Origin: Planctomycetota bacterium | GTDB taxonomy: Bacteria > Planctomycetota > UBA1135 > UBA2386 | Length of the DNA: 64,000 nt | NCBI GenBank assembly: GCA_965223545.1 | Contig: OZ245006.1 | Coordinates: forward strand, 2,880,001 to 2,944,000 | Direction: 5' to 3' | Shown here: positions 40,601 to 55,600 of the stretch, in pieces | How positions within the stretch are numbered: the first letter of the stretch is position 1 | Layout: every line of letters begins with the position of its first letter | Notes under the pieces: generated by a model | Told to the model about the DNA's origin: nothing | Database searches by the model: none | Seen by the model: the letters and a program-made list of their open reading frames with translations, nothing else | Program-made: the position numbers and the translations under genes

Positions 40601-43600
40601 AACTACATCGACTTGGGCGCATACGCCAGCACCGACGTCACCTTCGGCGATCGCTCGCTGACGGTCGACATGGGCGGCGGCCAGTCGTTCACGATCGAGT
40701 ATCGAAACATCGGAACCATCCAGTTCTCCGACATCGACGCCTCGGTCTTTCGGGATGACGGGGGTGGCTACGGCAACTCCGCCTACTCCGGCAAGTCCAT
40801 GTACATCACCGACCAGGGCGCGTTCACCGTGGAACTGTCCGGCGGCGGAACCATGTACCTGGCCATCGACGCGGACACGCAGCAGGTGCAGATTCACAGC
40901 ACCAGCGGTACCTCCAGCGCGACTTCCATCGAGATCGTCGAGCTACAGGACTCGGGGTTCACGGCGACAAACCTCACCGTCTCCACCGAGATCGAATCAC
41001 TCGCCACCGATCTCGACATCGGGACACTGACGGTCGGCGTCTCCGGCAGCCTACAGACCCTGACCCTCTCCGGCGGCACGGGCACAGCGGGGACGATCAA
41101 CTACGTCGGCGCGATGGCCTCGACGTTATTCGTCGAGGGCAGTGTCGGGCTCATCAGCGCCAACAGTGGGTCCGGGACAATCACGGTCACCGGCGACCTC
41201 GACGCGTTCTCCTCCGTCTCCGCGTTCACCGGCACGGTCGAGGCGTACCGCGCGGTGGGCGCGTACTCCGTGACCTCCGGTGCCTTCAGCGACAGCACGA
41301 CCTACGCGGAACCGACGAACTCGTTGTTCGACGGCAACACCAACACGCTGGGCCTCGGACTGCACCAGTTCGGCACCTCGGGTGACGACGAGATGCTCGG
41401 GACCGGCGGCGACGACACCTTCCACCCCGGTGGTGGCGACGATTTCATGGATGGAGACGACGGCTCCGATGTCGTCGACTACAGCGATGTGACCGGTCCC
41501 GTGACCGTCGACCTGGGCGACCAGCTCGCGCAGAACACGGGATCTGCCGGCACCGACACGCTGTGGAGCGTCGAGGGCGTGATCGGCACCGAGGAAAGCG
41601 ACACGTTCCGCATCAGCGACCCCGAACCGGGCACGACCTACACCGTAGACGGCAACGAAGGGGCACTCGACATCCTCGACCTCAGCTGGGTCGTCGCCAC
41701 CAATGTGACCTTCGGCAACGGCACTCTGCAGGTCGACCTCGGTGGCGGGCGCTCGTTCTCGGTCAACTACAGCAACATCGACCGCATCGATTTCGCCGAC
41801 GTATCCGCGACGGTCGTCGGCACGGCGAGCGGGTTCTCGGGTACGACCCTCGGCGACAACATCTGGATCCACGAGGACAGCGCGTTCCGCATTGCGATCG
41901 GCGGGGGTGGTTCCACGACGTTCTCCTACGACGTCGGGACCGACGTCCTCGACTTGACCGCGACGTCCGGCACGAGCGCCGCAAGCACGATTTCGGTCGA
42001 ACACCTCACCGGCGTGGGCAGCACGGGCGATGTGACCCTGCAGTCAACCGTCGGCACGCTCACCATCGATGGAAGCCTCTCGTCCCTCACCTTGGACGGT
42101 GGCGCTCAGCTCGAGCAGCTCGATCTCGGCGGCTCCGGAACGGTCACCGACATCACCTACGGCGCGGGCTCCGACCTCGCGACGAACCTCGAGGTTCGCG
42201 GCACGGTCGGAACCCTCACCCTGAACGGAACCGGCACACAGACCGCCGAGATTCACGTCACCCGCGACCTCGAGTCGTTCACGTCGGTACAGGACTACTT
42301 GGGCGTTCTGCGCGCTGACGCGGTGATCGGCAACATCGAGATCACGGACGGAGGCTTCTACACCATCCAGAACATCGCCAGCACCTCGGCGATCTCGTTC
42401 GACGGTCCGACCAACGGCTTCGTCACCGGTGTCAACACGACCGGCACGGCCGCCGGAGAGATCCTCACGGGTACCGAGGCCGCAGACACGATCGACGGCG
42501 CGGACGGCAACGATACGATCTCGGGTCTCGGCGGCGATGATGTCCTGGTCGGCGGCATCGGCGACGACACCATCGATGGTGGCGACGGCCACGACACCGT
42601 CAGCTACGCCGACGCGGCCTCGAAGGTCCGCGTGGACGTGACGCAGGTCGGCCCACAGGACACGCTCGGGGCGGGCACCGACACGCTGACCAACGTCGAG
42701 GGCGTGATCGGCACCAGCCACGCCGTCGACGAGTTTCACTTCAGCAATCCGGTCGCCGGCACGACCTACACCGTCGACGGCGGCACCGGCGCATTCGACT
42801 CGCTGTTCCTCGACGGCTTTCAGTCGTCCGCCGCGACCTTCGCCGACGGAGTCGTGACGATCGACATGGGAGGGGGCCAGAGCTTCAGCATCGAGTACAC
42901 CGGCATCGAACGGATCTACTTCGCCGACATCAGCGCCAATGTCATCACCGGACCGTACGGGTTCGGCTCCTTCTCCGGCGATCGACTGTTCATTTCCGGA
43001 GAAACGATCTTTCAAGTGACGACAGCAGGGCCCGGAAGCATCGACTTCGACTTCTACCCCGCGTCGAACTCCTGGGTGCTCGGTGCCACTACTGGTACCG
43101 ACGCAACCACGTCCGTCGACTTCACGACGATCATCGGCGCTCCCGTCTTCACGACATCGGTAACGTTGGACAGCGATCTCGCCACGCTCACGTCTTCGAC
43201 CGACATCGGTACGCTCACACTCAACGGCTCCGCGCAACTCACGACTCTCGATCTCGGTACAGGCTCGGTCGACGCGGTCTCCTACGCGAGCAACATCACG
43301 ACCGACCTCAACGTCACCGGCAACGTCGGCACTCTGGCAGCCGCCGGTGGCACGGCGGCGGTGGCGATCAGCGGAGACCTCGATGCGATATCGTTCTCCA
43401 GCGACTTCCAGGGCACCATCAGTGCGACAGTCATCGGTTCTCTCGACGTCACGGACGGCGCAGCGTCGACCAGCGACACCTACAGGACACCGCGGGCCGT
43501 CACCTACGACGGGGCCACCAATACGCTCGCCAACACGCCGATCGAAGGCACTGCCGGCAACGACACTCTGGTCGGCACTCCGTACGACGACACGATCTAC

Positions 43601-46600
43601 GGCTACGACGGCGACGACTCCATTTCCGGTCTCGCCGGCGACGATGTGCTCGCCGGCGGTGCTGGCAACGACACTCTCCTCGGCGGCGCCGGCACCGACA
43701 CTGTCGACTACTCCTCGGCAACGGGCGCCATCACGGTCGACCTGACGATCACGACCGCACAAGACACCGGCGAAGGCTTCGACACCCTCGACAGCATCGA
43801 ACGCGTCATCGGCAGCACGTTCAACGGCGACACGTTCTTGTTCAGCAATGCTCAAGACGGCGCGACCTATGCGGTCGTCGGCAACAGCTGGAACAACACG
43901 ATCGACCTCAGTAACTACGCATTCGCCGACGCGACCTGGTATGACGGCTACGTCGTCATCTCGATGGGAGCGGCACAGTCGTTCCGCATCGACTACACGC
44001 AAGCCAACTTCCGCTTCTCCGACGGATGGATCGGCACCGTCGACCCCTCGGCTCCCGGCCGCTCCGGTTCGGGCGCGGCAACCTACGTCGTTGGCGACCG
44101 CGTCTTCCGACTGCAGGCGGCCGGCTACAACTTCTCGTACGACTTCAACAACGAGACCCTCGACATCACGCATACGAGCTCGTCCAGCAGCTCGACCACT
44201 TTGCAGGTCACCGAGTTCGCCGGAGAGATCGCGATCGGCACGATCTCGCTCAACTCGTCCCACGGCGACATCGTGATGCCGAGTGATATCGCGGCCATCA
44301 ACGTCGCCTCCGGCGTCACGCTGGGCTCGGTCACCGTCGATGGCGGGACAGGAACGGTCGGCGCGATCACCTATGCCGGCTCCCTCGACGCAGACCTCAC
44401 GGTCAACGGCAACGTCGGTTCGATCAGCGCGACGACCGGCTCCGGCGACATCACCGTCACCGGCGATCTGGATGCGCTCGTCTTCACCAGTGACTACTCC
44501 GGCACCCTGCGTATCGACGCGGTCGTTGGAAGTCTCGACATCACCGACGGTGCGCACACGGACTCCACCACGTATGCCACGCCAACCGCGATCGCCTACG
44601 ACGGCGACGCCCAGGTACTGGCGACCGTCATCTCCGGCACGGCGTTCAACGACTATTTGGTCGCCACGGCGAACAACGACTACCTCGACGGCGGCGACGG
44701 CACCGACACCGTCGACTACAGCGGCGCCAGCGCCGGAATCACGGTCGACCTGACCATCTCGGGGTCGCAAGCGACCGGCGGATCGGCCAACGACACGCTG
44801 TCGAGCATCGAGCGCCTGATCGGTAGCGGATTCGACGATACGTTCTCGTTCAGCGGCCCCGCAGACGGTGCGTCCTACTACGTCGACGGCGGCGCCGGCA
44901 ACAACACCATCGACCTGACGTCGTTCGCCAGTGCGGCAGTCACCTACTCAGCGACGCAGCTGACCGTCGACCTCGGCGGTGGGCAGTCGTTCGTGGTTGC
45001 GTTCGACAACGTCTCGACCATCCTCTTGGCCGACGCCACGGCCGCGGTTCTCGCCGGATCAACGAGCCGTACGGCGTTCTCCGGATCCGAGGTCTTCATC
45101 GACGGTGATCAGGTGTTCCGCGTGGACGTCTCGGGGGCCGGGTCGATCGACTACTCCTACGACGCGACGACCGACACGCTCACCGTCACCGACAGCACCG
45201 CCACCGATGCCACCACGACCGTCGCGATCACGGACCTTTCCGGCACGGATCTCGTCATCGACACGATCACGATCGATACGACGCTGGCCTCGGCGACGAG
45301 CAACGTCGACATCGGCACCATCTTCGTCAATGGGGGCGCCGAGCTCGGCACGGTTTCGGTGGCCAGCGGAACCGGGGCGATCGGCCAGCTGACCTACTCC
45401 GGGAACGTCACTGCCACCACGACGATCGATGCCAACGTCGAAGCGGTGTCCGCGCAGCAGGTGACCGGAACTCTTGAAGTCACCGGCAACCTGACGACCG
45501 CCAGCGCGACCCTGTTGAGCGGACACCTCGAAGTCGGCGGGGAGCTGTCGACCTTGAACCTGTCCAGTGGACTGACCGGGACGATGCACGTTGGCGGCGA
45601 CGTCGGCGCGATGAACCTCGGCACCGCCGGCGACAGCTCCAGCTTCCCCATGTCGGTCGTCATCGATGGTTCGCTCGGCACGTACACGACCTCTGGCAGC
45701 CTCCATGGCACGATTCACGTCATCGGCGACGTCAGCGGCGGCATCGACATCGGTCGGATCGAGTCGGGCGCCACACTCCAGGTCGACGGGTCACTGCACT
45801 CACTGCATTCGACCTGGGACCTGAACGGCGCTCTCACCATCGGTGGTGATGCGGGAACCGTGCGCCTCGATGGCGGCATCAACGGCGGTACGGTCTCGGT
45901 CACCGGGAATCTGGTCAGCTTCCGCGCCCTCGGCAGCCTGACCGGCGCTGGCAGCTTCTCTGTGGGTGGAAATGCCGGCAGCCTGGACTTCGATGGCAGC
46001 GGCGACGTGGCGATCACCATCGGCGGCGACCTGGATTCGTTCCGTTTCGGCAGCGGATACTCGGCCGTCCTGCAGGCCAATCAGGTCGTCGGTAGCTTGT
46101 CGATCGTCGACGGTGCGTACTCCACGGCACACTACTACGCCACCGCAACAGTGGTCAGCTACGACGGGTCGACGAACTCAGGCGTCGGCACACCTCCGTC
46201 CAGTGGGACCTCCGGCGACGACGTGCTGACAGGAACCGCGGGGAACGACTTCCTCGATGGTCAAGGCGGCAACGACACCCTCTATGGGCTCGACGGCGAC
46301 GATCTACTGCGCGGCGGCACCGGCAACGACATCATCGACGGTGGACTCGGCACGGACGTCGTGGACTACGCCGACGCGGGCGCGGCTGTCACCGTCGACA
46401 TCTCCTCCACCAGCGCGCAGGACACGGTCGGCGCGGGAACCGATACATTTGCCGCGATCGAGGGCGTCCACGGCTCCGGCTTCGACGACACGTTCAATCT
46501 CGCGACTCCGGCGAACGGAGCGACGTACATCGTCTCGGGCGGCGCGGGTACGGACACGCTAAACCTCGGCGGATACTCGTGGTCCAGCGCGACGTTCGCC

Positions 46601-49600
46601 GACGGGATCATCACGATCGCAATGGCTGGCGGTGGGTCGTTCACGATCCAGCACGACACCATCGAGACCGTGCAGTTCTCCAACGGCACGGCCATCTTCA
46701 CGGACGTCCCCGTCACGCAGACCGGGTTCACCGGGACGCAAATCGTCGTCTCCGGAGCAAACGCAACCCGCATTTCCCTCGTCGGGTCCGGCACCATGGA
46801 TTGGTCCTACGACCCGATGCGGCACGAGCTGACCGTCGACGGGACGGCCTCGACGAACTCCGGCACCGATATCACGATCGACGACCTGAACGACACCGGG
46901 CTACGTGTAGAGAGCGTGCAGATCGACAGCGGAATCGACGATCTCATTGCTGACGTGGACATCGGAACCGTGACGGTTGGCAACTCCGGGTATCTGATCG
47001 ATGTAATGCTCGGTGGCACCGGGACCGTGGAGCAAATGGTGTTCGGCGGCAGCACGAACGCCAACTTGACTGTCGATGCGAACGTCCAATCTTTGACGTT
47101 CGCCGACAACGTATGGCATACCATCACCGTCACCGGGAGCGTCGACTCCCTGGACGTCGCCGGCTACGTGAGCACGAACGGTTCCTTTGCCATTTCTGGT
47201 GATGCCACCACGGTTTCCGTAGCCGGCAATGTCCTCGGTACCGTGCAGGTTGACGGAGCTGCCGGGCAAGTCAGCGTCGGTGGAACCCTCGGCTCATCGG
47301 TCATCGTGCGCGGCGATCTCGGAACACTGGACATATCCGGTGACGTCACCGCCAGCGGCGCGGTCGTGGTCGGCGGTGACCTCGGGGTACTCACCGGCGG
47401 CAACGACCTCTTGACGGGCGCGACGATCCGCGTGGCCGGCAACGCCGGGACGATCAGCTTCACAGGAACGAGCGACGAGCGCATCGAAGTCGGGGGCACC
47501 TTGCAGGTGTTCTCGTTCACCGGTGACTACACCGGAATCCTGTGGATCGGCAACGCGTTCGGCGACGTTTCGATCAGCGACAACGGCACCTCCGATGTCA
47601 TAACGTTCTCGGTGCCTACCGAGTTCATCTACGACGGGCTGGGAGGACTGACGCCGGGTGATGGTGGGACGTACGTCGGAACCGCAGGGGACGATGTCCT
47701 CGTCGGCGATGTCACAGACGACCTGATGGTTGGCCTCGCCGGCAACGACGTCCTGGACGGCGCCGACGGCAGCGACGTCCTCAGAGGAGGAGCGGGCGAC
47801 GACACCCTCATGGGCGGCGCTGGCACCGACACTGCGGACTACAGTACCGCGACGAGCGCGATCACCGTCGACCTGACCGACACATCCGCGCAGAACACCG
47901 GCGGAGCCGGAGTTGACACGTTGCTCGGCATCGAGCAAGTGCTTGGCACTTCGTTTGATGATACCTTTGCGTTCGCAACGCCGACCTCGGGAAGCGTGTA
48001 CAAGGTCTTTGGAGGCGCCGGGAGCGACACGATCGACCTGTCCGGCTTTGCCTCGACCGACGCGACTTTTTCGGATGGCTCCGTCGTCATTGACTTGGGG
48101 GGTGGGCAGTCGTTCCAGATCGACTATCAGGATGTCGAGTCGATCGTATTCTCCGACACCACTGCACAACTCATCGAACCGCCGCCGGGTTTGACCGGAC
48201 TCGAAAGCTTGGGTGGCGTGTCGGTGGTCTACTCATCCACCGAGCTCGACGCGTGGTCCGGTACGATGATGTTCGTCGATGGCCCACAGACGTTCACCAT
48301 TTCCCTCACGGGGGCGGGAACCGCCGACATCACCTACGACGCGATCACGGACACCGTCTCCGTGCTCAATGTCGACGGAACCGACGCCAGTACGTCGCTC
48401 GTCATCACCGACTTGTCCGGATCCGATCTGATCGTGGACTCCATCGTGCTCGACGAGAGCGTTGGTTCGTTCACGAGCAACGTCAATATCGGCACGCTCA
48501 CCCTTGGGGCCAACGCCACCATCGACTCGGTCGTCATCGATAGTGGGCTGGGCACGATCGACCTGATCGAGAGCACAACGAGATTCTACGGTACGGCGAC
48601 GATCGACGCGAACGTCACCAATGTACAGATGCCCGGGGTAAGCGGGAACCTCACCTTCAACGGCGACGTCGGCACGTTCACGAGCACGGCGTCCTACGAA
48701 TCGGCGACGATCGTGATCAACGGAGACGCGGGACGGATCGAAACCAGCGACTTCAACTACTCATCTCTCACGGTTACAGGGAGCGTGACAACGCTCGACT
48801 CGAACGACGACGTACGCGGCTCTACAATCAACATCGGTGGCGATCTCGGCTTGTTCGAGGTACGAGATCAGATCAACAGCGGCCCTAATACGATCACCGT
48901 CGGCGGCAACGTAGGCACTATTGATGTCGACAACCGCATCAGCGGCGCCGACTTCGACATCGGCGGCGATTTGCAGACGTTCGATGTCGGCGATGCGGTC
49001 GGAAGCAGTCAGAGTTTCACGAACGGGAGTCTCGTCGTCGGTGGCACCCTGACCACCTTCAGCGTCTACCACTACATCCAGAACGTAGACGTCGAAGTCA
49101 GTGGCAACCTAGGCTCGTTCACCATCGGAGAGGACGTGGATGGAAACGCCAGCGTCCTGGTCCACGGCTCGACTGGCACGGTCGATGTATCCGGCGATCT
49201 CGCCGGCAGCTTTGTGACTGGCGGGGACCTGGACCAGGTCACCTTGGGCAGCGTCTCCGGTGTTTTGCTCGCGGGGTCGGTAACGGGATCGTTCGACCTG
49301 ACGGATGGCACGTATACCTATACCGATACGTACGCAACAGCGACAATGGTCCGTTACGAGGGTGGCGGGTCGGAAGGCCTCTTCACATCGTCCGATTCCA
49401 ATGTGATCTTCGGCACCTCCGGAGCCGACAGCTTGATCGGCACCGCCGGCTCCGACCTCATCCTGCCGCTCGAGGGTGTCGACAGCGTGTCCGCCGGGGA
49501 TGGGGACGATGTCATCTACTACTCGTCCGGTCACGGTGACCTGACGGTGGACGGTGGATCTGGCACCGACGAGTTCCTGTTGCATTCGTCGGCCTCGGTA

Positions 49601-52600
49601 GGGATCTACAGCGCGGCACGACACAACGCCCTATGGGGAACGAGCTACGCGTCCGATCACGTGATCGTCAGGGTCAACGGCGAAATCATCGACCTCGTCA
49701 ACGTCGAGCGAATCACGATCATCGGCACCAACGCCAACGAGTACCTCACAGTGGACGGGGATTTCACCCCGACCGCACTGGCAACCGATGGAATCCGCTT
49801 TGTCGGCGGTGAGGGTGTCGACCGAGTCTACGCCGACAAAATCACTTCCGCGCACAACGTCGATGTCCGCACTGGATCCGGAGGAGAGACCATCTTCACC
49901 GGGGCTGGCGACGACACCATCGAGGGTGGCGCCGACAACGACGGAATCGAAAGCGGCGCCGGCGCCGACACCGTAATCTGGCGGGTCGGGGATGGGTTGG
50001 ACACTATCGACGGCGGCGCGGACAGCGACTTGCTCGATCTGTTCGGCTCCGACACCGGCAACGGCACGTTCCTCGTCGAGGACGCGTCGACGTACAACGC
50101 GCGGACCGGTTCGTCCATTGCGGCTGACCACATCTTGATCAGCTACAACGGTGTCCTGGTCGTCGATGCCGTCAACGTGGAGCACATCCGCATCAACTCG
50201 GGATTGCTCGGCGATGCCGTCACCATCTCGGGCGATTTCACGCTCACGACGCTTGCAAGCCAACCGTTCGAGGTCGTCGGTTGTGATGGGTCCGATGTCG
50301 TGGACGCCTCGGGGGTCCTGTCGGCTCACGGCGTGATTCTCGTCGGTGCCGGCGCGGACGACACATTCACTGGTGGCGCTGGTTTCGACACCGCGCGCTT
50401 CACGGGCAACTACGCGGACTACACGATCACCGACAATGGCGGTGGATCCTTCACCGTCACCGACAACACTGCAGGCCGCGATGGCTCCGAGACGTTGGTC
50501 GGTGTCGACGAGTTCGCATTCGCGGACTACACCCTCGACCCGACGACGCTGGCCGATCCTGCGCCGAGCGCCGACGCGGGACCGGATCAGACCGTCTCCG
50601 AGAACACGACGGTCACGCTGGATGCCAGCGCGTCCAGCGATCCGCAGGGACAGTCTTTGACTTACACCTGGACTCAGACCGGGGGGCCGGCCGTCACCCT
50701 CAGCGATGCCAACGCGGTGCAGCCCACCTTCACGGCGCCCGACGCTGCTGGCAACTACACCCTGACCTTCGATGTCGCCGTCAGCGATGGCACAACCACG
50801 ACGACCGACACCGTCGTCATCACGGTCAACGCAACCGACGCCGCGCCCACTGCAAACGCTGGGCCGGACCAGACCGTCTCCGAGAACACCACCGTCACAC
50901 TCGACGCCAGTGCATCCAGCGATCCAGAGGGGCAGTCGCTCACCTACACCTGGACCCAAACCGGTGGCCCGGCCGTCACGCTCAGCGACGCCAACGCCGT
51001 CCAGCCCACCTTCACGGCGCCCGACGCCGCTGGCAACTACACGCTGACCTTCGACGTCGCCGTCAGCGATGGCACGACCACCACGACCGACACCGTCGTC
51101 ATCAGCGTCAACGCAACCGACGCGGCACCCACTGCCAACGCTGGGCCGGACCAAACCGTTTCCGAGAACACCACCGTCACGCTCGACGCCAGCGCATCCA
51201 GTGATCCGGAGGGGCAGTCCCTCACCTACACCTGGACGCAGACCGGGGGACCTGCTGTCACGCTCAGCGACGCCAACGCGGTGCAGCCCACCTTCACGGC
51301 GCCCGATGCCGCGGGCAACTACACCCTGACCTTCGATGTCGCCGTCAGCGATGGCACGACCACCACGACCGACACCGTCGTCATCAGCGTCAACGCAACC
51401 GACGCCGCGCCCACCGCGAACGCTGGACCCGACCAGACCGTCTCCGAGAACACCACCGTCACCCTCGACGCCAGCGCGTCCAGTGATCCGGAGGGGCAGT
51501 CCCTCACCTACACCTGGACGCAGACCGGCGGACCCGCCGTCACGCTCAGCGATGCCAACGCGGTGCAGCCCACCTTCACGGCGCCCGACGCCGCGGGCAA
51601 CTACACGCTGACCTTCGATGTCGCCGTCAGCGATGGCACCACCACCACGACCGACACCGTCGTCATCAACGTCAACGCTACCGACGCCGCGCCCACCGCC
51701 AACGCTGGACCCGACCAGACCGTCTCCGAGAACACCACCGTCACTCTCGACGCCAGTGCGTCCAGCGATCCCGAGGGGCAATCCCTCACGTACACCTGGA
51801 CGCAGACAGGCGGACCCGCCGTCACGCTCAGCGATGCCAACGCCGTCCAGCCCACCTTCACGGCGCCCGACGCCGCGGGCAACTACACCCTGACATTCGA
51901 CGTCGCAGTCAGCGATGGCACGACCACGACGACCGACACCGTCGTCATCACGGTCAACGCCACCGACGCCGCGCCCACCGCCAACGCTGGACCCGACCAA
52001 ACCGTTTCCGAGAACACCACCGTCACCCTCGATGCCAGTGCGTCCAGCGATCCGGAGGGGCAGTCGCTCACCTACACCTGGACCCAAACCGGTGGCCCGG
52101 CCGTCACGCTCAGCGACGCCAACGCCGTCCAGCCGACGTTCACGGCACCCGACGCTGCGGGCAACTACACGCTGACCTTCGACGTCGCCGTCAGCGATGG
52201 CACCACCACGACGACCGACACCGTCGCCATCTCGGTCAACGCAACCGACGCCGCGCCCACCGCCAACGCTGGGCCCGACCAGACCGTCTCCGAGAACACC
52301 ACCGTCACTCTCGACGCCAGTGCGTCCAGCGATCCGGAGGGGCAGTCCCTCACCTACACCTGGACGCAGACCGGCGGACCCGCCGTCACGCTCAGCGATG
52401 CCAACGCGGTCCAGCCCACCTTCACGGCTCCCGATGCCGCGGGCAACTACACGCTGACCTTCGATGTCGGCGTCAGCGACGGCACCACCACCACGACCGA
52501 CACCGTCGTCATCAACGTCAACGCTACCGACGCCGCGCCCACCGCCAACGCTGGACCCGACCAGACCGTCTCCGAGAACACCACCGTCACTCTCGACGCC

Positions 52601-55600
52601 AGTGCGTCCAGCGATCCCGAGGGGCAATCCCTCACCTACATCTGGACGCAGACAGGCGGACCCGCCGTCACGCTCAGCGATGCCAACGCCGTCCAGCCCA
52701 CCTTCACGGCGCCCGACGCCGCGGGCAACTACACGCTGACCTTCGACGTCGCCGTCAGCGATGGCACCACCACCACGACCGACACCGTCGTCATCACGGT
52801 CAACGCCACCGACGCTGCACCCACCGCCAACGCTGGGCCCGACCAGACGGTCTCCGAGAACTCCACCGTCACCCTCGATGCCAGTGCATCCAGCGATCCG
52901 GAGGGGCAATCCCTCGGTTACACCTGGACGCAGACCGGCGGACCCGCCGTCACGCTCAGCGATGCCAATGCCGTCCAACCGACGTTCACGGCGCCGGACG
53001 CTGCTGGCAACTACACGCTGACCTTTGACGTCGCCGTCAGCGATGGCACGACCACCACGACCGACACCGTCGTCATCAGCGTCAACGCAACCGACGCCGC
53101 GCCCACTGCCAACGCTGGACCCGACCAAACCGTTTCCGAGAACACCACCGTCACGCTCGACGCCAGCGCATCCAGTGATCCGGAGGGGCAGTCCCTCACC
53201 TACACCTGGACCCAAACCGGTGGCCCGGCCGTCACGCTCAGCGACGCCAACGCCGTCCAGCCGACGTTCACGGCACCCGACGCTGCGGGCAACTACACGC
53301 TGACCTTCGACGTCGCCGTCAGCGATGGCACCACCACGACGACCGATACCGTCGTCATCTCGGTCAACGCAACCGACGCCGCGCCCACCGCCAACGCTGG
53401 GCCCGACCAGACCGTCTCCGAGAACACCACCGTCACTCTCGACGCCAGTGCGTCCAGCGATCCGGAAGGCCAGTCCCTCACCTACACCTGGACGCAGACC
53501 GGAGGGCCCTCGGTCACGCTCAGTGATGCCAACGCCGTCCAGCCGACGTTCACGGCACCCGACGCTGCTGGCAACTACACGCTGACCTTCGACGTCGCCG
53601 TCAGCGATGGCACGACCACCACGACCGACACCGTCGTCATCACGGTCAACGCCACGGACGCGGCACCCACTGCCAACGCTGGGCCGGACCAAACCGTTTC
53701 CGAGAACACTACCGTCACACTCGATGCCAGTGCATCCAGCGATCCAGAGGGGCAGTCCCTCACCTACACCTGGACACAGACCGCGGGACCGGCCGTCACG
53801 CTCAGCGACGTCAACGCCGTCCAGCCCACCTTCACGGCTCCCGATGCCGCGGGCAACTACACGCTGACCTTCGACGTCGCCGTCAGCGATGGCACAACGA
53901 CGACGACCGACACCGTCGTCATCACGGTCAACGCCACGGACGCGGCACCCACTGCCAACGCTGGGCCGGACCAGACTGTCTCCGAGAACACCACCGTCAC
54001 GCTCGACGCCAGTGCATCCAGCGATCCAGAGGGGCAGTCGCTCACCTACACCTGGACACAGACCGCGGGACCGGCCGTCGCGCTCAGCGACGCCAACGCC
54101 GTCCAGCCCACCTTCACGGCTCCCGATGCCGCGGGCAACTACACGCTGACCTTCGATGTCGCCGTCAGCGATGGCACCACCACCACGACCGACACCGTCG
54201 TCATCAGCGTCAACGCAACCGACGCCGCGCCCACTGCCAACGCTGGGCCGGACCAGACCGTCTCCGAGAACACCACCGTCACCCTCGATGCCAGTGCGTC
54301 CAGCGATCCGGAGGGGCAATCGCTCACCTACACCTGGACCCAAACCGGTGGCCCGTCCGTCACGCTCAGCGACGCCAACGCCGTCCAGCCGACGTTCACG
54401 GCACCCGATGCTGCGGGCAACTACACGCTGACCTTCGACGTCGCCATCAGCGATGGCACAACCACCACGACCGACACCGTCGTCATCAGCGTCAACGCCA
54501 CCGACGCCGCGCCCACCGCGAACGCTGGGCCCGACCAGACTGTCTCCGAGAACACCACCGTCACTCTCGATGCCAGCGCGTCCAGTGATCCAGAGGGGCA
54601 GTCGCTCACCTACACCTGGACGCAGACCGGTGGCCCGGCCGTCACGCTCAGCGACGCCAACGCCGTCCAGCCCACCTTCACGGCGCCCGACGCTGCTGGT
54701 AACTACACGCTGACCTTCGACGTCGCCGTCAGCGATGGCACGACCACCACGACCGACACCGTCGTCATCAGCGTCAACGCCACCGACGCGGCACCCACTG
54801 CCAACGCTGGGCCGGACCAAACCGTTTCCGAGAACACCATCGTCACGCTCGATGCCAGTGCATCCAGTGATCCGGAAGGTCAGTCGCTCACCTACACCTG
54901 GACGCAGACCGGCGGACCCGCCGTCACGCTCAGCGACGCCAACGCGGTGCAGCCCACCTTCACGGCTCCCGATGCCGCGGGCAACTACACGCTGACCTTC
55001 GATGTCGCCGTCAGCGATGGCACGACCACGACGACGGACACCGTCGTCATCAGCGTCAACGCAACCGACGCCGCGCCCACCGCCAACGCTGGGCCCGACC
55101 AGACCGTCTCCGAGAACACCACCGTCACTCTCGACGCCAGTGCGTCCAGCGATCCGGAAGGCCAGTCGCTCACCTACACCTGGACACAGACCGGGGGACC
55201 CGCCGTCACGCTCAGCGATGCCAACGCCGTCCAGCCCACCTTCACGGCGCCCGACGCCGCCGGCAACTACACGCTGACCTTCGACGTCGCCGTCAGCGAT
55301 GGCACAACGACGACGACCGACACCGTCGTCATCACGGTCAACGCAACCGACGCCGCGCCCACCGCAAACGCTGGACCCGACCAGACTGTCTCCGAGAACA
55401 CCACCGTCACACTCGACGCCAGTGCATCCAGCGATCCAGAGGGGCAGTCGCTCACCTACACATGGACGCAGACCGGCGGACCCGCCGTCACGCTCAGTGA
55501 TGCCAACGCGGTGCAGCCCACCTTCACGGCTCCCGATGCCTCGGGCAACTACACGCTGACCTTCGACGTCGCCGTCAGCGATGGCACCACCACCACGACC

